DNA of 32,000 bases from an uncultured Actinomycetes bacterium (GTDB lineage: Bacteria > Actinomycetota > Actinomycetes > S36-B12 > CAIYMF01). The DNA is taken from positions 1,170,001 through 1,202,000 of the forward strand of contig CAWJMG010000003.1 in NCBI GenBank assembly GCA_963843975.1. Reading direction: 5' to 3'. Of this stretch, positions 1-7,009 are shown piece by piece. The position numbers and the translations under genes were made by a program. The notes beneath the pieces are model-generated. The model was given only the letters and a program-made list of their open reading frames with translations, made no database searches and was not told the origin of the DNA. Numbering within the stretch: position 1 is the first letter of the stretch; each line of letters opens with the position of its first letter.

Positions 1-134
1 TGAAGGTGCTGCGCGACGCCGGCCTGGTCACGGCCACGCGTCGTGGCCGATGGATCGATTACGCCCTCGCCACCGACGCCCGAGACCGCATCGCCGCCGC
101 ACTGCCGACGTCTCCGGGCGGCAACCGGCCATGA
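1..134 (+). CDS. ArsR/SmtB-family transcriptional regulator, C-terminal fragment (5' end lies outside the window)
   Basis: Frame 3 reads KVLRDAGLVTATRRGRWIDYALATDARDRIAAALPTSPGGNRP*. The 'LRDAGLV..RRGRW.DY' stretch is typical of the recognition-helix/wing region of ArsR-type wHTH proteins. The TGA (132-134) overlaps the next ATG (131-133). Confidence 0.7.
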   Translation, partial: KVLRDAGLVTATRRGRWIDYALATDARDRIAAALPTSPGGNRP

Positions 135-1183
135 GCCTGCTGGAACGGATGCCGGAGACGCGCCGTGGTCGCGGACTCACGCTCGCCGCAGCGGGCGCGC
201 TGTGGTTCGCGGCGTACCAGCTGAACGAGCACCTGTGGGACTGGATCCTCTACGGCGCGCTCAGCCTCGACCCGGCGGCGCGCGTCACGGAGACGATCCA
301 CTTCTTCCTGTATGACACGATCAAGATCGCCCTGCTGCTCGTCCTCATCATCTTCACGGTCACCTTCCTGCGGTCGTACATGAGCGTCGAGCGCACCCGC
401 GCCCTCCTCGGCGGCAAGCGCGAAGGTGTCGGCAACGTCATGGCTGCCGGGCTCGGGGTCGTCACGCCCTTCTGCTCCTGCTCGGCGGTCCCCGCCTTCA
501 TCGGCTTCGTCTCCGCCGGTGTCCCGATCGGCGTGACCCTCAGCTTCCTGATCGCATCGCCCATGGTCAACGAGATCGCGATCGGCATGCTTCTCACGCT
601 GTTCGGCATCAAGATCACGGCGATCTACGTCGGCACCGGTCTCGTCATCGCGATCGTCGCCGGCTGGATCCTCGGGCGCCTCGGCGTGGAGCGGTGGGTC
701 GAGCCGTTCGTGTTCGAGACCACACTGCGGGGCAACCCGGTCGACCCGTCCCTCGGGCTCAGCTTCGACGACCGCGTCGCCATGTCGCTGGAGGAGGTCG
801 GCACGGTCCTGCGCAAGATCTGGCCCTACCTGCTCGTCGGCATCGGGCTCGGCGCGGTCATCCACGGTTGGGTGCCGACGGAGTTCTTCACGACGTACGC
901 CGGACCGGGCTCGAGCTTCGGCGTGCTCGTCGCGGTCGGCATCGGCATCCCCCTCTACTCGAACGCCGCCGGCATCATGCCGCTCGTCCAGGCCCTGTAC
1001 GAGAAGGGCCTCCCGATGGGGACGCTCCTCGCGTTCATGATGGCTGTCGTCGCGCTCTCGCTGCCCGAGATGATCCTGCTGCGCCGCGTGCTGAAGCCCC
1101 AGCTGCTGGCCGCCTACGTCGGGGTGGTCGGCACGGGGATCGTGGTGGTCGGCTATCTGTTCAACGCGCTGCTCCCGGCGTGA
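131..1183 (+). CDS. Permease of the UPF0718/ArsP-like family (multi-TM, Cys-motif)
   Basis: Internal ATG of track ORF 50-1183 (MSLLERMPETRRG...), coupled to the ArsR stop by ATGA. Highly hydrophobic with about 8-10 TM segments. Carries the 'VTPFCSCSAVP' motif characteristic of this permease family. Confidence 0.85.
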   Translation: MSLLERMPETRRGRGLTLAAAGALWFAAYQLNEHLWDWILYGALSLDPAARVTETIHFFLYDTIKIALLLVLIIFTVTFLRSYMSVERTRALLGGKREGVGNVMAAGLGVVTPFCSCSAVPAFIGFVSAGVPIGVTLSFLIASPMVNEIAIGMLLTLFGIKITAIYVGTGLVIAIVAGWILGRLGVERWVEPFVFETTLRGNPVDPSLGLSFDDRVAMSLEEVGTVLRKIWPYLLVGIGLGAVIHGWVPTEFFTTYAGPGSSFGVLVAVGIGIPLYSNAAGIMPLVQALYEKGLPMGTLLAFMMAVVALSLPEMILLRRVLKPQLLAAYVGVVGTGIVVVGYLFNALLPA

Positions 1184-1211
1184 CCCTCCCCCACCCACCC
1201 AGGAGAAGTCC

Positions 1212-1454
1212 ATGATCATCAAGGTCCTCGGCCCCGGCTGCACCAACTGCAAGAACCTCGAGCGCGTCACGCGCCAGGCGGTGGCCGAGCTCGGCCTAGA
1301 CGCCAGCATCGAGAAGGTCGAGGACTACGTCACGATCGCCGGATACGGCGTGATGTCGACCCCGGCCCTCGTCGTCGACGAGCAGGTCGTCGTGTCAGGC
1401 CGGGTGCCGACGGTGTCCGCAGTGCGCGAGCTGCTGTCAGCCGGGACCGAGTGA
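1212..1454 (+). CDS. Thioredoxin-fold 'redox-active disulfide protein 2'-type small protein (CxxC)
   Basis: 80 aa starting MIIKVLGPGCTNCKNLE, i.e. an N-terminal beta-strand plus a GCxxC motif. Preceded by GGAGAAG RBS. This kind of protein is typically found next to the UPF0718 permease. Confidence 0.85.
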   Translation: MIIKVLGPGCTNCKNLERVTRQAVAELGLDASIEKVEDYVTIAGYGVMSTPALVVDEQVVVSGRVPTVSAVRELLSAGTE

Positions 1455-1464
1455 GACACGCCTG

Positions 1465-1480
1465 ATACCCCCCAGGGTGT
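1465..1480. promoter_or_regulatory. Weak/degenerate copy of the ATACCCC-N2-GGGGTAT palindrome (ATACCCC-CC-AGGGTGT) upstream of the malic enzyme gene
   Basis: The left half-site is perfect. The right half-site has 2 of 7 mismatches. It lies in the 84-bp gap between the Trx-fold gene stop and the malic enzyme start. Confidence 0.3.
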
Positions 1481-1538
1481 CTGCAGGATCACGTTCCGAA
1501 TCAGCCCCTCGGGCGAGGCACGCGCCTACGGTCGACAG

Positions 1539-3266
1539 GTGACCATGCGAACCGGGCCCGAGCACGTCATCCGCTGGAACGACGACGACGAGGCGTGGGA
1601 GACCACGCTGCGCGGACGAGCGGTGCTCGCCGAGCCACGGCTCAACAAGGGGACGGCGTTCAGCACGGCTGAGCGCGAGCAGCTGGGCCTCGTCGGCCTC
1701 CTGCCGCCGCGCGTTCTGACGCTCGAGCAGCAGGCCAGCCGCGCCTACCTGCAGTACCTCGACCAGCCGACCGACCTCGCCAAGAACGTCTTCCTCACCG
1801 CGCTGCACGACCGCAACGAGGTGCTGTTCTTCCGCCTGCTCGGCCACCACCTGCCGGAGATGCTGCCGATCGTCTACACGCCGACCGTGGGCGAGGCGAT
1901 CCAGCGCTACAGCCACGAGTACCGCCGCCCGCGCGGGGTCTACCTGTCCATCGAGGACCCGCACAGCATGGAGGACGCGCTGCTCGCCACTGGTCGAGCG
2001 CGCGACGACGTCGACCTCATCATCGCCACCGACGCAGAGGGCATCCTCGGCATCGGCGACTGGGGCGTCGGCGGCATCGAGATCGCTGTGGGCAAGCTCA
2101 ACGTCTACACCTCCGCCGCCGGCATCAACCCTGCGCGCACGCTCGCCGTGATGCTCGACGTCGGCACCGACCGGCAGGAGCTGCTCGACGACCCGCTCTA
2201 CCTCGGCGTCGCGAAGCCGCGCATCGGGCGCGAGGAGTACGACGCCTTCATCGACCGCTACGTCACCGCGGCGACCAAGCTCTTCCCTCACGCGATCCTG
2301 CACTGGGAGGACTTCGGCACGTCCAACGCGCGCCGCATCCTCGACCGCTACCGCGACGAGGTCCTCACCTTCAACGACGACATGCAGGGCACCGGCGCCG
2401 TGAGCCTCGCGGCCGTGCTGTCGGCCAGCGACGTCAGCGGCACCCCTCTCGCCGAGCACCGGGTCGTCGTGTACGGCTCAGGCACCGCGGGGATCGGCAT
2501 CGCCGACCAGATCCGCGACGCGATGGTCGTGGCCGGCGTGCCCCGGGACGTCGCAACGCGGCAGTTCTGGTGCGTCGGCCGCCACGGCCTCCTCACCGAC
2601 GCCCGCCCCGACCTGCGCGACTTCCAGGAGCCGTTCGCGCGCCCGGTGACCGAGGTCGAGACGTGGGACGTCGACGCCGAGTACGGCGGCGCAAGCCTCG
2701 CGGAGGTCGTACGCCGGGTGCAGCCGACGATCCTGATCGGCACGTCGGGCCGGCCGCAGGCCTTCACCGAGGACGTCGTGCGCGAGATGGCCGCCCACGT
2801 CGACCGCCCGATCATCATGCCGATGTCGAACCCGACGGTTCTGGCCGAGGCGTTCCCCGCCGACCTGCTCGAGTGGACCGACGGCCGCGCCCTCGTCGCC
2901 AGCGGCAGCCCGTTCCCGCCGGTGTCGTACGCCGGGACGACGTACGAGATCGCCCAGGTCAACAACGCGCTGGTCTTCCCGGGCCTCGGCCTCGGCGTCA
3001 TCGTCGCTCGCGCCACGCGCATCACCGACGGCATGCTGCTCGCGGCCGCCCAGGCCGTGGCCGGCAAGGCCGATGCTCACGGTCCGGGGGCCTCGCTGCT
3101 CCCCCGTGTGGCCGACCTGCGTGCGACCTCCGCGGTCGTCGCGGCCGCGGTCGCGCGAGCCGCGCTGGCCGACGGCGTCTCGACGGCACCGGTCGACGAC
3201 ACCCTCGACGCGGTGATCGAGAAGGCCATGTGGCGCTGCGACTACAACGCGGTGCGCGCGGTCTGA
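1539..3266 (+). CDS. NAD(P)-dependent malic enzyme (oxaloacetate-decarboxylating malate dehydrogenase)
   Basis: 575 aa with hallmark motifs VYTPTVGEAIQRYS, ATDAEGILGIGDWGVGGIEIAVGKL, FNDDMQGTGAV and GSGTAGIGIAD. Start is GTG 1539 or ATG 1545. Confidence 0.9.
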   Translation: MTMRTGPEHVIRWNDDDEAWETTLRGRAVLAEPRLNKGTAFSTAEREQLGLVGLLPPRVLTLEQQASRAYLQYLDQPTDLAKNVFLTALHDRNEVLFFRLLGHHLPEMLPIVYTPTVGEAIQRYSHEYRRPRGVYLSIEDPHSMEDALLATGRARDDVDLIIATDAEGILGIGDWGVGGIEIAVGKLNVYTSAAGINPARTLAVMLDVGTDRQELLDDPLYLGVAKPRIGREEYDAFIDRYVTAATKLFPHAILHWEDFGTSNARRILDRYRDEVLTFNDDMQGTGAVSLAAVLSASDVSGTPLAEHRVVVYGSGTAGIGIADQIRDAMVVAGVPRDVATRQFWCVGRHGLLTDARPDLRDFQEPFARPVTEVETWDVDAEYGGASLAEVVRRVQPTILIGTSGRPQAFTEDVVREMAAHVDRPIIMPMSNPTVLAEAFPADLLEWTDGRALVASGSPFPPVSYAGTTYEIAQVNNALVFPGLGLGVIVARATRITDGMLLAAAQAVAGKADAHGPGASLLPRVADLRATSAVVAAAVARAALADGVSTAPVDDTLDAVIEKAMWRCDYNAVRAV

Positions 3267-3973
3267 TCCCGGTCGGCCGGGGCGTCGGTCGGACTCCCGA
3301 CGCGACCGAACGGCAGGGTGTTGCTCGAGCGCTCGTTGTGCAGGTACCGCAGGTGCTCCCGGTCGCCGAGCAGCTCGAGCCGTCGCCACAGCGGGCTGCC
3401 CGGCACGGCCTGGCTCGGGTGCTCCTGCACCGCGGCGAGCTGCGCCGCCCGGTCCACCTCGACGGTGACGTCGACCGCCGCATCCGGTACGCCGACGAAG
3501 CCGGGGAACCCCTCCTCGTCGAGCTGCCGGGTGACCGACTCGGGCAGCGTCCAGGCCACCACATCGACACCCGCACGCCGACCGACCTGCACCGCCGCCT
3601 GCGTCGCCGCGACGTGGTCCGGATGCCCGCTGATACCGGTGGAGTCGAACACGAGCAGCGCGTCCGGCGAGAAGGCGCTGACGGCCGCTGCGACGTCAGC
3701 CACGAGGGCCCCTCCGAGCGATGCGAGCCCGCCGTCGGGCCGATCGAGGAGCCGCACCCAGCACAGGCCCAGTCGCCTCGCTGCCGCGTGCAGCTCCGCC
3801 TCGCGGATCTCGCGCAGGTCTCCGTCGACGCCGTGCAGCGTCGATGCCTCCCCGTGGGTCAGGCAGAGCACACCTACGCGGGCACCCTCCGCGGCCGCCT
3901 GGGCCAGGAGTGCGCCGAGGCCGAACGACTCGTCGTCCGGGTGTGCGACCACCGCCAGGATCGAGGTCGTCAT
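3242..3973 (-). CDS. PIG-L/LmbE-family N-acetylglucosaminyl deacetylase (MshB/Mca-like)
   Basis: 243 aa. N-terminus MTTSILAVVAHPDDESFGLG carries the AHPDDE zinc-site motif. HPDH appears later (ISGHPDHVAAT). GGGGAG RBS upstream. The 3' end overlaps the convergent malic enzyme gene by 25 bp. Confidence 0.85.
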   Translation of the reverse strand: MTTSILAVVAHPDDESFGLGALLAQAAAEGARVGVLCLTHGEASTLHGVDGDLREIREAELHAAARRLGLCWVRLLDRPDGGLASLGGALVADVAAAVSAFSPDALLVFDSTGISGHPDHVAATQAAVQVGRRAGVDVVAWTLPESVTRQLDEEGFPGFVGVPDAAVDVTVEVDRAAQLAAVQEHPSQAVPGSPLWRRLELLGDREHLRYLHNERSSNTLPFGRVGSPTDAPADRDQTARTAL

Positions 3974-4015
3974 GCGTTGCTCCCCTGTTCGTCGGCTGCC
4001 TCATGTGGTCCCGAG

Positions 4016-4057
4016 CGCTCAGGGACCGATACCCCTAGGGGTATCGGTCCCTGAGCG
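4016..4057. promoter_or_regulatory. Perfect 42-bp palindrome with core ATACCCC-TA-GGGGTAT (4029-4044): candidate CsoR/RicR/CstR-type operator and/or intercistronic hairpin
   Basis: CGCTCAGGGACCGATACCCCT|AGGGGTATCGGTCCCTGAGCG checked base by base as 21+21 with no mismatch. It sits between the DUF2202 stop (4106) and the deacetylase start (3973). Confidence 0.6.
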
Positions 4058-4105
4058 TAGCCCCCGGTGCTCCTGCAGGCCACCGTCCCCGGCAGCGGCG
4101 CGCGA

Positions 4106-4813
4106 TCAGCTCGTGAAGGCGGTCAGGTGGTGCTGGGATCCGTTGCGCAGGTTGGTGTACACGCGCTGGACGTCGGCGTGACCCCCCGCGTCCGTGATCG
4201 CCCGGGTGAGGTCGTCGATGTCCATCCTTTCGATCTCGGCGCCGACCACGTCGGCAGCGACAAGGCTGACCGAACCCCGGGCGACGAGATCGTCGTACAG
4301 GGTCTGGAACGACGCGGTGGGGAAGTCGCCTGCCGCGTAGCCGACGGTCGGGTCGGCGATCCCGTAGCGCGTCAGCAGCGTGCGCAGCGACGCCGCGTGC
4401 TTGTCCTCCGCCGCCGCGATCCGCGCGAGCTCGGCGTCCCCGTACTGCGCTGCCAGCGTCGCGTAGACGTCGCCCGCGAGCTTCTCCTCCTCCACCATGG
4501 CCAGAAGGTCCGCCGTCTGCTGGGTCGTGAGAGCAGCTGTGGCGGTTGCGCCACCTGACCCTCGGGTCGCGCCGGCGTTCCCGGAACCGTTCCGGCTGCC
4601 CGAGCGGGTTCCGGCGTTCATGCCGGTCCCGGAGTGGGTGCCGGCGGTCGCGTGGGTACCGGTCCCTGCCCTGCCGTTGCCGTTGCCGTTGCCGTTGCCG
4701 GCGGCAGCGTTCACGGGCTGCGCCTGGGCCGAGCCCACCAGCACACCCGCTGCGATCAAGGCCATCGCCGCTGCGCCCGCCGTGGTCGCGAGTGCGGTTC
4801 GACGTGTCGTCAT
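4106..4813 (-). CDS. Secreted DUF2202 (ferritin-like fold) protein with low-complexity N/G/T/H-rich linker
   Basis: 235 aa. Signal peptide MTTRRTALATTAGAAAMALIAAGVLVGSAQA. The C-terminal 'LLAMVEEEKLAGDVYATLAAQYG...AAAEDKHAASLRTLL' matches the DUF2202 pattern. Confidence 0.8.
   Translation of the reverse strand: MTTRRTALATTAGAAAMALIAAGVLVGSAQAQPVNAAAGNGNGNGNGRAGTGTHATAGTHSGTGMNAGTRSGSRNGSGNAGATRGSGGATATAALTTQQTADLLAMVEEEKLAGDVYATLAAQYGDAELARIAAAEDKHAASLRTLLTRYGIADPTVGYAAGDFPTASFQTLYDDLVARGSVSLVAADVVGAEIERMDIDDLTRAITDAGGHADVQRVYTNLRNGSQHHLTAFTS
4673..4696. repeat. (GCCGTT)x4 hexanucleotide microsatellite inside the DUF2202 gene, encoding (NG)4
   Basis: Direct reading: gccgtt gccgtt gccgtt gccgtt. 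It translates on the minus strand to GNGNGNGNG. Confidence 0.9.
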
Positions 4814-4952
4814 CGTCGTCCTCCTTCATCGGGCCTCCTGCTGATCGCGGGTGGCTCCGAGATGACCATCGGCCCGCTCTGGCGGACGACGCTGTGGCCG
4901 TGATGAACGCCCGCTGAGAGATCGACCCCGAACCGCGCAGGGTCGCCTCACC

Positions 4953-4966
4953 TACCCCTGGGGGTA
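4953..4966. promoter_or_regulatory. CsoR/RicR/CstR-type operator candidate A (TACCCC-TG-GGGGTA) in the divergent DUF2202 / trxA intergenic region
   Basis: GC-tract palindrome flanked by TA/AT, of the same architecture as the 4029-4044 core. Confidence 0.55.
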
Positions 4967-4975
4967 CCTGGGAAC

Positions 4976-4991
4976 ATACCCCGGGGGGTAT
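4976..4991. promoter_or_regulatory. CsoR/RicR/CstR-type operator candidate B (ATACCCC-GG-GGGGTAT), 24 bp centre-to-centre from site A
   Basis: Both 7-nt arms are perfect. The site ends 43 bp upstream of the trxA ATG. Confidence 0.6.
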
Positions 4992-5033
4992 AGTGTTCAG
5001 CAGGGCAGAGACCCCGACTCCTGGAGGACCAGC

Positions 5034-5402
5034 ATGGCCACCCTGACGCTCACCAGCGACACCTTCGAGCAGACCGTGACCGCCGACGGCATCACGTTCG
5101 TCGACTTCTGGGCCGCATGGTGCGGCCCGTGCCGCGCGTTCGCCCCGATCTTCGAGAAGGCGTCCGACAACCACGACGACATCCGCTTCGGGAAGGTCGA
5201 CACCGAGGCCGAGCAGTCGATCGCCGCCGCCGCACAGATCTCCGCCATCCCCACGCTCATGGCGTTCCGCGACGGGATCCTCGTCTACCGCGAGGCGGGT
5301 GCCTTGCGCGAGAAGGACTTCGAGCAGCTGATCACCGCGGTGCGCGAGCTCGACATGGACGACATCCGCGCCCAGGTGGCCGCGGCCAACGCCTCGGTCT
5401 GA
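5034..5402 (+). CDS. trxA: Thioredoxin
   Basis: 122 aa with the canonical FWAAWCGPCRAFAP active site. GGAGGA RBS upstream. Confidence 0.9.
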   Translation: MATLTLTSDTFEQTVTADGITFVDFWAAWCGPCRAFAPIFEKASDNHDDIRFGKVDTEAEQSIAAAAQISAIPTLMAFRDGILVYREAGALREKDFEQLITAVRELDMDDIRAQVAAANASV

Positions 5403-5433
5403 CACCCCTCCCCACCACGACCCGGAGATCCCC

Positions 5434-5838
5434 GTGAAGAACCCCGCCCGCATGGCAGTGCTCGCCCTCATCGCCCTCGTCGGCTCGTTGGTCCTCGCCG
5501 GCTGCGGTGGCGGCAGCAGCGTGCAGACCGTGAGCCCACAGGACTTCCTGGCCAAGGCATCCACGTCCGGGGTCGTGGTGGTGGACGTCCGCACCGCAGG
5601 CGAGTTCGCCCAGGGCCACGTCGACGGAGCGATCAACATCGACGTCGAGGCACCCACGTTCGACGCGCAGATCGGCCAGCTCGACAAGGCAGCGACGTAC
5701 GCCGTCTACTGCCACAGCGGCCGCCGCTCGGGGCTCGCCACGGACGCGATGGGCAAGGCCGGCTTCACGAGCGTGTACAACCTGCAGGGCGGCATCGCCG
5801 ACCTCCAGTCCGCCGGCGCCTCGATCGTCACCGGTTAG
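5434..5838 (+). CDS. Rhodanese-domain lipoprotein (extracytoplasmic sulfurtransferase)
   Basis: 134 aa. Signal peptide plus lipobox (LVLAGCGGGSS). Rhodanese active-site loop YCHSGRRS. GTG start 31 nt after the trxA stop. Confidence 0.85.
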   Translation: MKNPARMAVLALIALVGSLVLAGCGGGSSVQTVSPQDFLAKASTSGVVVVDVRTAGEFAQGHVDGAINIDVEAPTFDAQIGQLDKAATYAVYCHSGRRSGLATDAMGKAGFTSVYNLQGGIADLQSAGASIVTG

Positions 5839-5847
5839 CCGCACCGC

Positions 5848-6330
5848 ATGCCGTACGACCGTTCGGCCTGGGCGGCGCTCGCCCAGTGGCCTCGACGCCG
5901 CTGGGTGGCCGCAGGCCTCGCGACGATCAGCACGGTGCTCGTCCTCGGCAGCCCCACGGTGCTCGTGCCGACTCCGGTGTTCGGCCGCGAGGTCGCGGTG
6001 ACGGGGTGGGCCTGGCCCGCCCTGATCGTGACATCCGTTCTGGCGGGTCTCGTCGCCGCGACCTACGTGCGCACAGGTGCGCCGGAGGTGCGCGACGATT
6101 TCAGCCGGGTCGGGCTTGCGGGCGGCTTCCTGACCTACCTCGCCGTCGGCTGCCCGGTGTGCAACAAGATCGCGCTGCTCGCACTCGGGTACACAGGCGC
6201 CCTGCAGTGGTTCGCACCGGTGCAGCCGTTCCTCGCCGTGGCCGGCATCGCACTGCTCGCCTACGCACTTCAGCGCAGGCTGGAGGGCGAGAGGTCCTGC
6301 CGTGTCCCGGACTCCGCGACGGCGTCATGA
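5848..6330 (+). CDS. Integral membrane protein (about 4 TM) with intramembrane CPVC motif, unknown family
   Basis: 160 aa with four hydrophobic segments. 'LAVGCPVCNKIALLALG' lies in predicted TM3. The gene starts 9 nt after the rhodanese stop. Confidence 0.7.
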   Translation: MPYDRSAWAALAQWPRRRWVAAGLATISTVLVLGSPTVLVPTPVFGREVAVTGWAWPALIVTSVLAGLVAATYVRTGAPEVRDDFSRVGLAGGFLTYLAVGCPVCNKIALLALGYTGALQWFAPVQPFLAVAGIALLAYALQRRLEGERSCRVPDSATAS

Positions 6331-6680
6331 ACCCCGCCGCACCAGACCTGCTCGGCACGCTGCTCGAGGACGCCGCCCTCACGCTCTCGCGACTGGCCGG
6401 CGGTGCCGCCGTCTGCACGTTCAGCCGTGCTGGGGTCCCGGTGCCGGGTATCAAGTACGCCGAAGGCCGCTGGGCAGCCCTCCGCGGGGTGCAGCGCGCC
6501 GCCCTCCGAGGAGCCGACCTCGGCGAGGCATCGTCCGACGCACTCGCGACGTGGTCGCGCGAGCTCGAGTCCGCGGCCTCCCGCGAGCACGGGCGCGACT
6601 GGATCGCCTACCGAACCGGTGGTGTCGACGCGATCTGCGAGCTGCTCGACCGCCACGCCGCGCCGAGTCCGGGTGCATGA
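6327..6680 (+). CDS. Hypothetical protein (117 aa), translationally coupled to the CPVC membrane protein
   Basis: ATGA overlap at 6327-6330. It is the in-frame tail of track ORF 5886-6680 (MNPAAPDLLGTLLEDAALTL...). High GC3. I recognise no domain. Confidence 0.55.
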   Translation: MNPAAPDLLGTLLEDAALTLSRLAGGAAVCTFSRAGVPVPGIKYAEGRWAALRGVQRAALRGADLGEASSDALATWSRELESAASREHGRDWIAYRTGGVDAICELLDRHAAPSPGA

Positions 6681-6763
6681 CCTGCGTACAGCGCCCGTTC
6701 CTCGGCGGTCCTGGGGTGTTCTTGGCAGGCTGGACCCCTCACATCGCACTCGAGGAGGGCCTC

Positions 6764-6955
6764 ATGTTCGGGATCGGCGGCTTCACCGGTGGCAGCAAGA
6801 ACGGCGACCACTATGAGATCGAGGTCAACGAGGGCTCGGTGAACATGAAGAAGTTCAGCTCGGCGGCCAACGAGCGCCACGCCAACGGCTATCGCATGGC
6901 CCACGTCTTCATGCAGGAGGGCAACACGATCGTCGTCTGGGAGAAGGTCGGCTGA
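6764..6955 (+). CDS. Small hypothetical protein (63 aa), possibly DUF4177-like
   Basis: ATG preceded by GAGGAGGG RBS (6752-6759). Sequence: MFGIGGFTGGSKNGDHYEIEVNEGSVNMKKFSSAANERHANGYRMAHVFMQEGNTIVVWEKVG. GC is noticeably lower than in neighbouring genes. Confidence 0.6.
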   Translation: MFGIGGFTGGSKNGDHYEIEVNEGSVNMKKFSSAANERHANGYRMAHVFMQEGNTIVVWEKVG

Positions 6956-7009
6956 CCGCCAGGCGGTACGTCGCACGCTGACACCTCCTCGCTGCGGGAC
7001 AATCAGCCG

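Noticed and set aside
59-1309. 416-aa minus-strand ORF antisense to the permease gene. Similar long antisense or off-frame ORFs occur at 1437-2459, 2478-3389, 2570-4054, 4035-5687, 6608-8227, 8169-9185, 16083-17396, 16598-18310, 18160-19323, 19116-21602, 19676-21724, 29140-30135, 29312-30403 and 30495-31919.
   Set aside because: Their translations are Arg/Pro/Gly/Asp-rich low-complexity strings with no motifs. Each fully overlaps a gene with clear family signatures. Stop-codon scarcity in high-GC DNA explains them as shadow ORFs.
1454-1482. AGACAC...GTGTCT inverted repeat after the Trx-fold gene, as a terminator.
   Set aside because: The stem is 6 bp with a 17-nt loop and there is no U-tract. 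That is too weak. The same bases are better described as the degenerate ATACCCC-type site.
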